Positions 30,545 to 40,412 of a stretch of DNA of 64,000 nucleotides are shown here, one piece after another. This stretch comes from Candidatus Krumholzibacteriia bacterium (lineage in GTDB: Bacteria > Krumholzibacteriota > Krumholzibacteriia > Krumholzibacteriales > Krumholzibacteriaceae), in the NCBI GenBank assembly GCA_963836185.1, contig CAWIIQ010000001.1:992001-1056000 (forward strand), read 5' to 3'. The number at the start of each line of letters is the position of its first letter. Position 1 is the first letter of the stretch. A program made the position numbers and the translations under genes. The notes under the pieces were generated by a model. That model had not been told where the DNA came from and ran no database searches. It saw only the letters and a program-made list of their open reading frames with translations.

Positions 30545-31867
30545 ATGCCTAAGATCTGTATGGTCGGGACCGGATATGTAGGACTGGTAAGCGGCGCCTG
30601 CCTGGCTGATTTTGGAAATGAAGTAATCTGTGTCGATATTGACAGTGACAGGATAGAGAAGATACAGAACGGAATCATGCCGATATATGAGCCCGGGCTC
30701 AAGGAACTTGTCGCGAGGAACTTCGAGGCGGGCAGGCTCAATTTTACGACCGATCTCGCAGATTCGGTCAGGAAATCAGAAGTTATATTCTGTGCTGTAG
30801 GCACACCTATGGGCGATGACGGAGCGGCAGATCTGAGCGCTGTGTGGGCCGTTTCGAAAGACGTGGCGCTGGCTATGGACGAATACAAGGTGTTTGTCCA
30901 GAAAAGCACGGTCCCGGTCGGCACTTCCGAGGAGGTCGGCCGGATCATCAAGGAGAATCTGAAGGGCGACACTCCTTTCGACCGTGTATCCAACCCCGAA
31001 TTTCTTCGCGAAGGGTCTGCGATAGAGGATTTCATGAGGCCGAACAGGGTAGTCATCGGCGCCGAGACCGAGAAGTCGAAGGAGATTATGAGAGAGATCT
31101 ACCGTCCTCTCTACCTGCTCGAGACGCCGCTCGTCTTCACATCTATACGTACGGCGGAACTTATCAAGTACGCGAGCAACGCATTCCTCGCGGTGAAGAT
31201 ATCGTTCATAAACGAAATGTCGGATCTTTGCGAGAAGACCGGCGCGAATGTGAGCGAGGTAGCCAAAGGACTGGGGCTGGACAAGAGGATCGGACCGAAA
31301 TTCCTTCACGCCGGTGTCGGTTACGGCGGCTCCTGTCTTCCCAAGGATGTTTCCGCGATCCTTCGGACGGCGGACGATGTCGAGGCGGATCTTCGGGTCA
31401 TCGGCGCTGCAAGCGACGTCAACAGATCGCGTATAGACAGGCTGCTCGAAAAGCTCGAATCAGAACTGCCCGATGTGTCAGGGAGAAAGATCGCGGTGCT
31501 GGGCCTTTCATTCAAGCCGAACACAGACGACATCAGACATGCCCCATCGTTGAGGCTGATCGATCTTCTTCTCGCGAAGGGAGCTCAGATCTCGGCCTAC
31601 GATCCGATAGCCATGGATAACGTCAAGGGATCGTACAGTGGAAAAATCGAGTTTCACGATGACGCCTATTCGGCCATGAACGGCGCAGAGGCATTGGTAA
31701 TAATGACAGAGTGGAATGAATTCAGGCAGCTCGACCTCGACAAGATCAAGGATGTGCTGACTGAACCCATTGTGATAGATTGCCGCAACATCTACAAACC
31801 ATCCATAATGAATGGACTTGGATTCAGGTATCATTCATTCGGCCGGCCCGGGGATGCGGATATCTGA
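30545..31867 (+). CDS. ugd: UDP-glucose 6-dehydrogenase
   Basis: GTGYVGL, KSTVPVG, SNPEFLREG, GYGGSCLPKD, FKPNTDD. Confidence 0.93.
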   Translation: MPKICMVGTGYVGLVSGACLADFGNEVICVDIDSDRIEKIQNGIMPIYEPGLKELVARNFEAGRLNFTTDLADSVRKSEVIFCAVGTPMGDDGAADLSAVWAVSKDVALAMDEYKVFVQKSTVPVGTSEEVGRIIKENLKGDTPFDRVSNPEFLREGSAIEDFMRPNRVVIGAETEKSKEIMREIYRPLYLLETPLVFTSIRTAELIKYASNAFLAVKISFINEMSDLCEKTGANVSEVAKGLGLDKRIGPKFLHAGVGYGGSCLPKDVSAILRTADDVEADLRVIGAASDVNRSRIDRLLEKLESELPDVSGRKIAVLGLSFKPNTDDIRHAPSLRLIDLLLAKGAQISAYDPIAMDNVKGSYSGKIEFHDDAYSAMNGAEALVIMTEWNEFRQLDLDKIKDVLTEPIVIDCRNIYKPSIMNGLGFRYHSFGRPGDADI

Positions 31868-31958
31868 GGCGATGGCTGATCTGAACTAGCGGGAGACCTG
31901 ATACTTCCGCGTACGAGATCGTGGGATCACACGGCTCGGAGATCCGAACGGAGGACAG

Positions 31959-32981
31959 ATGAAGAAGATCGTTGTTACCGGAGGAGCTGGATTCATCGGC
32001 TCTAATTTTGTTCGGATGCTTCTGGGGCGGAAGAGCGCGATGAAGGTAGTCGTTCTCGACAAGCTTACCTATGCGGGGAATCTCAACAACCTTGCAGGCC
32101 TTGAGAAAGACAGGCGCCTGAAGTTTATCAAGGGAGATATCTGCAACGCGAAGCTCCTCGAGAAGATACTCCCGGGGACTGATATTATATACAACTTCGC
32201 CGCTGAGACTCACGTTGACAGGTCGATACTGGAGGCAGGCAGTTTCGTCAGGACCGATGTCGTCGGCACGTACACGCTTCTCCAAAAGACGCTCGAGTAC
32301 AAGGTGCCCCGGTTCATTCAGGTATCGACAGACGAGGTCTACGGCAGTGTACTCAAGGGCTCGTTCCGTGAGACGGATCCGATCAAGCCGAACAGCCCGT
32401 ATTCGGCAAGCAAGGCCGGGGCCGATATGCTTGTCAGGGCGTTTCACAAGACGTACGGACTGCCGGCGCTGATCACGAGGAGCTCAAACAACTACGGGCC
32501 TTACCAGCATCCTGAAAAGTTCGTCCCTCTTTTCACGACTAACGCGATAGAAGGAATGCCCCTGCCTCTTTACGGCGATGGAAAGAATGTCCGGGACTGG
32601 ATATACGTCGATGATAACTGCAGGGCGATCGATCTGGTGGGAAGGAAAGGAAAGGTCGGTGAGGTCTATAATATCGGCGCGGGAGACGAGAAGACCAATA
32701 TCTATATTGCCCGGAAGATCGTCGAGCTCACCGGGGCAGATCCTTCGCTCCTTACTCTCGTCTCAGACAGGCCGGGCCATGACAGGCGCTATTCCGTGGC
32801 GACCAGGAAGATCAAGGCGCTGGGATGGACCAAGAAAACAAAGTTCGATGAAGGAATGAAAAAGACCGTGCGGTGGTACAGCCAGAACGAGGACTGGTGG
32901 CGCCCGGTGCGCAAAGGAAGCTTCAGAAAATATTACAGCAAGATGTATTCTGGCAAGATCAAGGAAGGCAGGAAGGTTTGA
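31959..32981 (+). CDS. rfbB: dTDP-glucose 4,6-dehydratase
   Basis: GGAGFIGSNF, DKLTYAGN, AAETHVDRS, STDEVYG, YSASKA, RPGHDRRY. Confidence 0.93.
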   Translation: MKKIVVTGGAGFIGSNFVRMLLGRKSAMKVVVLDKLTYAGNLNNLAGLEKDRRLKFIKGDICNAKLLEKILPGTDIIYNFAAETHVDRSILEAGSFVRTDVVGTYTLLQKTLEYKVPRFIQVSTDEVYGSVLKGSFRETDPIKPNSPYSASKAGADMLVRAFHKTYGLPALITRSSNNYGPYQHPEKFVPLFTTNAIEGMPLPLYGDGKNVRDWIYVDDNCRAIDLVGRKGKVGEVYNIGAGDEKTNIYIARKIVELTGADPSLLTLVSDRPGHDRRYSVATRKIKALGWTKKTKFDEGMKKTVRWYSQNEDWWRPVRKGSFRKYYSKMYSGKIKEGRKV

Positions 32982-34066
32982 AAGCAATATTAGTCGTGGG
33001 TGCGAGGCCCAACTTCATGAAAGCTGCGCCGTTGATGCGCGAATTCGCCAGCCGCGACAATATCGAAGCCCGCCTGGTGCATACGGGGCAGCACTATGAT
33101 GAGAATATGTCGAAGATATTCTTCGAGGATCTCGAGCTTCCCGAACCCGACATATATCTCGGTATAGGATCAGGCAGCCACGCGGAACAGACAGCCCGCG
33201 TTATGGTCGAATTCGAGAAGGTCGTCCTTGAAGACCGCCCCGACGTGATAATCGTTGTGGGCGACGTCAACTCGACCATTGCATGCTCTATCGTCGGCTC
33301 GAAGCTGTGGATACCTGTCGCCCATGTCGAGTCCGGCCTGCGGAGCTTCGATCTCGCGATGCCGGAAGAGATAAACAGGATGGTCACCGATATCCTCTCA
33401 CGCTTCTGTTTCACGACTTCTCCGGAGGCGGAGACCAACCTTAAGAAAGAGGGAGTCGGTGAAGAGAGGATCTTCTTCGTCGGCAATATAATGATCGATT
33501 CGCTTATGAATTTCGTAGACAAGGCAGACGGTTCTCATATCCTCGAGCGGCTGGGACTTGTCGAAAAAGGCTATATGCTCGTTACGCTTCACAGGCCGTC
33601 GAACGTCGATGATCCTGATGAACTGCGCGAGCTTTTCTCGATGCTCTCCAGGCTGGCGGAACGGATGCCGGTCGTGCTGCCCATACATCCGCGGACCAGG
33701 AAGATGCTTGAATCGGCTGATCCTCCCATCGCCCTCTCCGAGCATATCAATCTGATCGATCCGGTAGGATACCTCGAATTCGTCGGCATGATGAAATCGG
33801 CAGGTATCGTTGTGACTGATTCAGGCGGGATCCAGGAGGAGACTACTGTCCTCGGGGTACCGTGCGTCACCGTTCGCGAAAACACAGAACGTCCGATCAC
33901 GATCGAGGTAGGAACGAACATCCTCGCCGGAACCGACCCCGCCAGGGTCGAGGCCGCTGTCAACGGTATCCTCGACAACGGCATAGGGGATCATTCCCTT
34001 CCTCCGTTGTGGGACGGGAAGACCGCCGGCAGGATAGCCGATATACTCGTGAGGCATTTCTCCTGA
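32978..34066 (+). CDS. wecB: UDP-N-acetylglucosamine 2-epimerase (non-hydrolysing)
   Basis: VGARPNFMK, HTGQHYD, HVESGLRS, MPEEINR, TDSGGIQEE, TERP. TTG start overlapping the rfbB stop. Confidence 0.92.
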   Translation: MKAILVVGARPNFMKAAPLMREFASRDNIEARLVHTGQHYDENMSKIFFEDLELPEPDIYLGIGSGSHAEQTARVMVEFEKVVLEDRPDVIIVVGDVNSTIACSIVGSKLWIPVAHVESGLRSFDLAMPEEINRMVTDILSRFCFTTSPEAETNLKKEGVGEERIFFVGNIMIDSLMNFVDKADGSHILERLGLVEKGYMLVTLHRPSNVDDPDELRELFSMLSRLAERMPVVLPIHPRTRKMLESADPPIALSEHINLIDPVGYLEFVGMMKSAGIVVTDSGGIQEETTVLGVPCVTVRENTERPITIEVGTNILAGTDPARVEAAVNGILDNGIGDHSLPPLWDGKTAGRIADILVRHFS

Positions 34067-34078
34067 TCCCGTTATCAG

Positions 34079-35614
34079 ATGAACGAGAAACAGACGGATA
34101 ACTCCGATCTCCGGGACAATCGCGAAAGTGGCGGGGAATCTCTTGCTTCGGGTTATTTCTGGACCTTCGGTTCGACGGCTCTTCCTCTTGCAAGCGCCTT
34201 TATCGTATCGCTGATAGTCGCGAGGACGATGGGGCCGCGCGCAGTCGGCCTGATAAACCTGACGATGGCCGTAGCTACGATCTTCCTGATCATCGCGAAA
34301 TTCGGTGTCGATGGAGCAGGATCGAGGCTTGCCTCTGAATATGCCGTTTCCTCACCTGTATTGATCCGTCCGCTCGTGAAGTCAGCGTTCCTGCTGCGAC
34401 TGGCATTTACACTTCCGGTATCCATCGGTGCTTTTCTGCTGGCGCCGGCGATCGCTTCGATCTACAGCGATCCCGAGCTGGAGCCGCTCTTCCGGCTCGG
34501 GGGACTGGTAATACTCTCGGTAAGCTTTAACGAGCTGGCTGCGCTTATAGTACTGGGCCTCAAGAAGTTCAAGATCCTTTTCGCAATGCGAGCGGTAATG
34601 TTCGCTGTCAGGGTCGGCCTGGTTATAGCGGCCGCAGCCCTTGCGCTCGGAGCGTCCGGCGTTATCTGGGCCTACATCACAGCGGCCGCGGTGACTGCCG
34701 CCCTTGTGTTTATCTATCTGTCGGCGGGAGAAAAGGCCGATGCCTCTCCGGAGCGCCTCAGCCATATGAGGTCCAGGCTCTGGCGCCTGAGCCTGACGCT
34801 CGCTGTCAGCGGAGCGTCGGTAACGATATATTCGATGCTCGACAAGATCATGCTCGGCTATTTCAGGGACGCTGTCGATGTCGGCATCTACTCCATGGCG
34901 AGAAATCTCCTGGAGACCTCGCTCTTTCCGATGTTCGCGCTCGTGATGACGCTCAGACCCGCTCTTGCCGGTGCATGGGCAACGGGCGACAGGCAGCGCT
35001 GCAGCGACATGGTAAACAGATCGCTCACCGCCGCGTTCGCATATTCCGCATGTGTCGCTACCGTATTCGCCTGCCTGGCAGGGCCCCTGGTGACTGGACT
35101 GTTTTCCGACAAGTTCGAGGCATCGGCAGGAATACTGGTGTTGTTCATACCGCTGCTCGTGATGCGCAGCATTGGGTCTGTGATACTTCCAGGGCTGATC
35201 GCCGCGAATAAAGCAGGTACCTACGCAAAGCTGACAGTGTTGGGAGCGATCCTCAATTTCATCCTGAATGCTTTGCTGATACCGCGCTGGGGAGCGCAGG
35301 GCGCCGTGATATCGACACTGCTTTCCTATATGCCGATCGAGATCCTCGGCCTAACGGCAGTCTCCCGCGAGATCGGCGGCCTCCGCAGAAAAGGCGATAT
35401 TTCCCGTGCGGTCAGGATCGCCTCGGCAGCGGTGCTTATCTGGGTGATATATACGAGATATGTCCCCGCGCCGTCGAGCCTGCCGGTCACTATGGTTCAC
35501 GCGGCGGTACTCTCCGCTGTATTCCTGTCCATCCTTATCGCCTTGAAAGCTGTTAAGAAGAGCGATCTGCTCGAACTCCTCGGACCGATGCTTCGTATAT
35601 TCAAAACCCGTTGA
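34079..35614 (+). CDS. Wzx-type polysaccharide flippase
   Basis: 12-14 TM, DKIMLG..VGIY, LNALLIP.WGA.GA motifs, cluster context. Confidence 0.8.
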   Translation: MNEKQTDNSDLRDNRESGGESLASGYFWTFGSTALPLASAFIVSLIVARTMGPRAVGLINLTMAVATIFLIIAKFGVDGAGSRLASEYAVSSPVLIRPLVKSAFLLRLAFTLPVSIGAFLLAPAIASIYSDPELEPLFRLGGLVILSVSFNELAALIVLGLKKFKILFAMRAVMFAVRVGLVIAAAALALGASGVIWAYITAAAVTAALVFIYLSAGEKADASPERLSHMRSRLWRLSLTLAVSGASVTIYSMLDKIMLGYFRDAVDVGIYSMARNLLETSLFPMFALVMTLRPALAGAWATGDRQRCSDMVNRSLTAAFAYSACVATVFACLAGPLVTGLFSDKFEASAGILVLFIPLLVMRSIGSVILPGLIAANKAGTYAKLTVLGAILNFILNALLIPRWGAQGAVISTLLSYMPIEILGLTAVSREIGGLRRKGDISRAVRIASAAVLIWVIYTRYVPAPSSLPVTMVHAAVLSAVFLSILIALKAVKKSDLLELLGPMLRIFKTR

Positions 35615-35719
35615 TAATAAGGCAATAACAAGACCGGCAATGTCGGGCCGAGTAGCCGAGAGATGCCAACTCGTCCTTGACAAGGGGTACGGCATAAACG
35701 ATTCTTAACCGTAACATCC

Positions 35720-36844
35720 GTGGAAGGCGGCGTCTTGACGGCTATAGATTATTTAGTAACATTCGCCATATCGCTCATCCTGGGCCTGATCCTCACGCCG
35801 ATGGCTATCGGGATGGCAGTGCGATGGCGGATCGCCGAGAAACCGAACGGGCGCACCGGGAGGGGGGAGATCGCTCACATCGGCGGTGTCGCGATCATCG
35901 GGGCGATCATCTTTTCCTTGATTCCCGTCTTTCTCTTTTTCCTGCCGCATCACCCGGTCAACAGAGCGTTTCTGCCTGTGATCATTGCGAGCGGTTTCCT
36001 GATCTTCCTGCTCGGGATTATCGATGATCTGAGATCCCTGCATTATCTGTACAAACTTTTCTTTCAGATAACCGTTTCGATCTTCGTGGCGGCCGGCGGG
36101 CTGGGGCTTCTTGAACACTTCGGTCTTGTTGACCTGTCTATATCCACGGCGGTGATCGCGTCGATACTGACCGCCTTCTGGATGCTTACTATAACGACAT
36201 CGTTCAATCTGATCGACGGGCTAGACGGGCTTGCCTCGGGCGTTGCCGTCATATGCGCCTCTGCTTTCGCGGCCGCCGGTCTGTTGACGGGCCTGCCGAT
36301 GGTAGCCGCGCTCTCTCTTGCTGTGCTCGGAGCGGCTCTGGCCTTTCTCAGGTACAATTTTCCGCCCGCGAGAATATTCATGGGTGATTCGGGCAGTCTC
36401 TTCTTCGGTCTGATGTTCGGCCTGATATCCCTTCTTCTGGTAGTGCCGGGTGAGAAGGTCCTCATGCGTGCCCTGGGAGGTGTGATCATCCTGAGCCTTC
36501 CCCTGCTCGATACCGGGCTGGCCTTTATAAGGAGGATTATCAGCGGAAGGCCTCCTTTCGAGGCTGATCACATGCATATTCATCACATCCTCCTTTTCGG
36601 CTGCGGCTCTGCGAGGAAGGTCGACCTTATGCTCTGGTCTCTCTCAGTTGTCTTCGGGTTGCTGGGCGTTCTGACGATCCTTGGCCATACCGCTGCCCTC
36701 GCGGCCGCAGGAGTCCTCGAACTCGTGATCTTTGTCCTCGCCCTGCGAAGGATGGTCACGTTCGACATGTCCAGGGAGAAGGCCGAACGGATACTCTCAG
36801 AGTGCGGCGTCTCCACCTCCAGTATGGCCGTACACAACGACTGA
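35720..36844 (+). CDS. MraY/WecA family undecaprenyl-phosphate GlcNAc-1-phosphate transferase
   Basis: GGVAI, GIIDD, NLIDGLDGLA, YNFPPARIFMGDSGS, HIHH. Confidence 0.88.
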   Translation: MEGGVLTAIDYLVTFAISLILGLILTPMAIGMAVRWRIAEKPNGRTGRGEIAHIGGVAIIGAIIFSLIPVFLFFLPHHPVNRAFLPVIIASGFLIFLLGIIDDLRSLHYLYKLFFQITVSIFVAAGGLGLLEHFGLVDLSISTAVIASILTAFWMLTITTSFNLIDGLDGLASGVAVICASAFAAAGLLTGLPMVAALSLAVLGAALAFLRYNFPPARIFMGDSGSLFFGLMFGLISLLLVVPGEKVLMRALGGVIILSLPLLDTGLAFIRRIISGRPPFEADHMHIHHILLFGCGSARKVDLMLWSLSVVFGLLGVLTILGHTAALAAAGVLELVIFVLALRRMVTFDMSREKAERILSECGVSTSSMAVHND

Positions 36845-36937
36845 TCTTATCCCCGTTGAGTTTTCCCGCTCTTTACACGATAATCTCCTTGTGATAGATT
36901 CTTTCGCGACACAGGGAGCGTTATTCCATACACTTCG

Positions 36938-37861
36938 ATGGAACAGGTCAGAATGCCGAAGCCGGCGATAATCAAGGTAGCAGGAAAAGCGGATCCCGCC
37001 TCGAAGGTGAGTACGGCGTCGGCGCTGGAGTCACTCAGGGAGGCCTCGGGGAACGTCGAGTTCTCCGATTACTCGGAAGAGGGTTCCAGAAGCCGGCAGG
37101 TTACTGATACACCGGCTCTCCTCGGGCTTGTGTCGAGGGGACGTGCTGATATAGCCGTGATCGAAGCTGGCGAGCTGCCGTTGAAGTTCAGCGGCAAACT
37201 CGAGATAGGCGCGGTGCTGCAGAGAGGGAATCCGTTCAATGTTATCATATCGAACGAGGATATGATCCTTGACGATCTTCCAGCCGGTATCTCGATAGCC
37301 GTAGGGGACCCGGCGCTGAAAGGTCAGCTTCTCGGCTACCGTGACGATATCGATCTCGTCGACCGCGACGAGGATTTCGCCGGGCTCAGGGAGTTACTCG
37401 ACAGGGGAGTGATCGGGGGGTTCGTCGCACGGGCCTGGGAAGTCGAGCTTCTCGGCAGGCAGGATGAAGTGGTGGAAGTGTTCACGTCTTCTATCTGTAT
37501 GCCGCCGGCCGGCCAGGGCGCGGTAGTGCTGATCATCCGCAGCGGGGATAAGAATGCGGCCGCGGCAGTCCGGAAGATCAACCATCCCGCCAGTCTTGCC
37601 GAGATCGTCCTGGAGAGGACGCTTCTGGGTGCTATGTCAAAGGATGGGAAGGGTGGTCTAGGAGTCCTCGCGGAGTTCGATGAGGACGAATTCAGACTGA
37701 GCGCGGTGATCGTATCTCCCGACGGCTCGAGAAAGATAGTCTCGGAGATGCAGGGTTGGCCGGGAGATGAGCTGAAGGTAGTCAGATCGCTCGTCGAAGA
37801 CCTTTTCGAGAAGGGCGGCGGAGAGATCATGGAGATGTACAGAAATATTCCGGAGGAATGA
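36938..37861 (+). CDS. HemC (porphobilinogen deaminase) fold protein, catalytically degenerate
   Basis: Colinear with HemC (GRADIAV, LDDLPAG, P.AGQGAV, INH, ER, SPDGS) but active-site motifs are replaced. Confidence 0.8.
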   Translation: MEQVRMPKPAIIKVAGKADPASKVSTASALESLREASGNVEFSDYSEEGSRSRQVTDTPALLGLVSRGRADIAVIEAGELPLKFSGKLEIGAVLQRGNPFNVIISNEDMILDDLPAGISIAVGDPALKGQLLGYRDDIDLVDRDEDFAGLRELLDRGVIGGFVARAWEVELLGRQDEVVEVFTSSICMPPAGQGAVVLIIRSGDKNAAAAVRKINHPASLAEIVLERTLLGAMSKDGKGGLGVLAEFDEDEFRLSAVIVSPDGSRKIVSEMQGWPGDELKVVRSLVEDLFEKGGGEIMEMYRNIPEE

Positions 37862-37868
37862 CGGGTCG

Positions 37869-39140
37869 ATGCTCGACAGAAAACTGATCAGAAAAGATCC
37901 TGAAAAGGTAAAGAAGGGCGTGGTCGCGAAAGGCGTCGATTACGACATCGATGGATTGCTCGAACTCGATGGCAGAATGCGTGACCTGATCCAGGAGACC
38001 GAGAAACTCAAGCACAGGAGAAACACGGTATCGAAGGAGATCTCCTCCCTCAAGAAGGAAGGTGCCGATGCATCGTCCCTGATGGCTGAGATGAAGGAAA
38101 ACTCCAACCGGATCAGGGAGATCGACCACGAACTGAAAGAAATAGAAGAAAAGATCGTTGAACTCGAGAATGGTATCCCCAACCTTCCTCATGAATCGGT
38201 TCCGTTCGGAACATGCGATGCCGATAATCCAGAGGTAAGGCGATGGGGCGAGATACCCGAGCAGCCCGGGGAGATCCTTGTCCACGAAGAGATTGGGGAG
38301 AAACTCGGGATCCTCGACATGTCGGCGGGTGCGCTGATTTCCGGCAGGGGTTTTGTCGTCCTCAGGGGCGATGGCGCCAGGCTCTCGAGGGCGCTGGTTT
38401 CTTTGATGCTCGACATACACCGGGAGCAGGGATACGAGGAACTGGCAGTTCCCTATCTCGTCAACAGAGAATCGATGACGGGTACGGGCCAGCTGCCGAA
38501 GATGGCGGAGGACATGTATCATTGCGAGAAGGACGATCTTTATCTCATCCCGACCGCCGAGGTCCCGGTGACGAATATATACCGCGATGCAATGCTCGAC
38601 GGCGGTTCACTTCCACTCAAGGCTACGGCGTTCAGCCCGTGCTTCCGCAGGGAAGCGGGGAGCTACGGGCAGGAGACGAAGGGGCTTATCAGGGTGCACC
38701 AGTTCGACAAGGTCGAGATGGTCAGGTGGACACTGCCGGAGAAGTCGTACGAGGAGCTCGAGATCCTTCTAGGCGACGCGTGTGCCGTCCTCGAGGTGCT
38801 CGAGCTTCCATACAGGGTGATCGAGCTGTGCAGCGGCGACCTCAGTTTCTCCGCGGCAAAATGTTACGATATCGAGACATGGGCGCCCGGTTCCGACAGG
38901 TGGCTCGAGGTCTCGTCGTGCAGCAATTTTGAGGATTTCCAGGCGAGAAGAGCCAGGATAAGGTTTAAAAGGGAGAAGGGAGCGAAGCCGGAGTTTGTGC
39001 ACACGCTCAACGGTTCCGGACTCGCTCTGCCGAGGATCATAGTCACGATCCTCGAGCTGAACCAGACCCCGACAGGTAAGGTAAGGATACCGAAAGCACT
39101 GGTCCCCTACATGGGAGGACAGGAGTACATTGAAGCGTAG
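37869..39140 (+). CDS. serS: serine--tRNA ligase
   Basis: GTGQLPK, LIPTAEVP, CFRREAG, RVHQFDKVE, EVSSCSN, HTLNGSGLA. Confidence 0.97.
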   Translation: MLDRKLIRKDPEKVKKGVVAKGVDYDIDGLLELDGRMRDLIQETEKLKHRRNTVSKEISSLKKEGADASSLMAEMKENSNRIREIDHELKEIEEKIVELENGIPNLPHESVPFGTCDADNPEVRRWGEIPEQPGEILVHEEIGEKLGILDMSAGALISGRGFVVLRGDGARLSRALVSLMLDIHREQGYEELAVPYLVNRESMTGTGQLPKMAEDMYHCEKDDLYLIPTAEVPVTNIYRDAMLDGGSLPLKATAFSPCFRREAGSYGQETKGLIRVHQFDKVEMVRWTLPEKSYEELEILLGDACAVLEVLELPYRVIELCSGDLSFSAAKCYDIETWAPGSDRWLEVSSCSNFEDFQARRARIRFKREKGAKPEFVHTLNGSGLALPRIIVTILELNQTPTGKVRIPKALVPYMGGQEYIEA

Positions 39141-40386
39141 GCCCGCGCTGAGGATTCCGGGAAATCTGCCATTTCTCCTCAGGATCTACTTCATCGCCGG
39201 TACGGTCATACTCGTTACCGGCGCTCTCTGGTACAACAACAGCCTCATAACGAGGATGAAGGCACAGTCCGAGGATACGACCAGGCTCTTTTCCGAGTTC
39301 ATCGCCATCGCGCTGAAAGATGTCAGCGAGGAATCGAGCCAGGACTTCATCAGGGAGGTCCGCGGCGCGATAACGCTTCCCTTTGTCCTGAGCGATCGCT
39401 CCGGCCGGCCGGTCGTGTGGAGCGGCATCGGGATCGATATGCTTGCCGATGACGAGTACAGAAGGGTGATCGACTTCGATCCGCAGCGACCTGACGATCC
39501 GCTGCTCGAGAAGGTACAGAGCACAGCGAAGGAATTCGATCGTATCAACGACCCGATCAGTGTCGAATCGGAACTTCTCTCCCTCGTGATCCATTACGGT
39601 CCGTCTAAATTGAGCAGGGAGCTGCGTATCGCGCCGTTCGTACAGTTCGGGGTGTTTATAATCTTCATCGTCATCGGCCTGTTCGGCCTGCGCGCCGTCA
39701 AGATAGGGGAAAAGAGATCGATATGGGTCGGGATGGCTAAAGAGACCGCGCACCAGCTGGGTACGCCATTATCGTCGATTATGGGCTGGCTCGCGATCAT
39801 CCGCCAGAAGGCCTCCGAGGAGGGATGCTCCACGGCTCTCGACGGCCCGGTGGACGAGGCATCGGCTGACGTGGAAAGACTGAGCAGGATCTCCGCGCGG
39901 TTCAGCAAGATCGGATCGGCGACTCCACTCGAGTACCAGAGGATCGCTCCGATAATCGAGGAGACGGTCGATTACTTCGAGCGCCGCAGGCCCGCGCTGA
40001 AGATCAATTCGACGATTGAGATCGATGTCGAGGAACTGCCGCTGATCCGGTGCAGCACCGATCTTCTCGGATGGGTATTCGAGAATCTTATAAAAAACTC
40101 GCTAGATGCGATTGCGGGAGACAGCGGAAAGATAAATATTGCCGGCAGGGTCGACCGCGGCGACCGGGCCGTCGTGATCCTTTTCAGCGACAACGGGAAG
40201 GGTATGACCTCGGGGATGAAGAAGAAGGTATTTGATCCCGGCTTTACGACGAAGAGCAGAGGCTGGGGCCTGGGACTGGCTCTTGTAAAGAGGATAGTAG
40301 AGGATATTCATGGAGGATCGATAAAGGTCGCGGCTACGCATCCGGGAGAGGGAACGACATTCCAGATCGTGTTCCCGGTAGATTGA
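39130..40386 (+). CDS. membrane sensor histidine kinase
   Basis: 2 TM; H box AHQLGTPLS, N box ENLIKNS, DNGKG, FDPGFTTK, GWGLGL. Confidence 0.9.
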   Translation: MKRRPALRIPGNLPFLLRIYFIAGTVILVTGALWYNNSLITRMKAQSEDTTRLFSEFIAIALKDVSEESSQDFIREVRGAITLPFVLSDRSGRPVVWSGIGIDMLADDEYRRVIDFDPQRPDDPLLEKVQSTAKEFDRINDPISVESELLSLVIHYGPSKLSRELRIAPFVQFGVFIIFIVIGLFGLRAVKIGEKRSIWVGMAKETAHQLGTPLSSIMGWLAIIRQKASEEGCSTALDGPVDEASADVERLSRISARFSKIGSATPLEYQRIAPIIEETVDYFERRRPALKINSTIEIDVEELPLIRCSTDLLGWVFENLIKNSLDAIAGDSGKINIAGRVDRGDRAVVILFSDNGKGMTSGMKKKVFDPGFTTKSRGWGLGLALVKRIVEDIHGGSIKVAATHPGEGTTFQIVFPVD

Positions 40387-40412
40387 CAGGATCCCTGGAA
40401 AGGCACTAAAAA

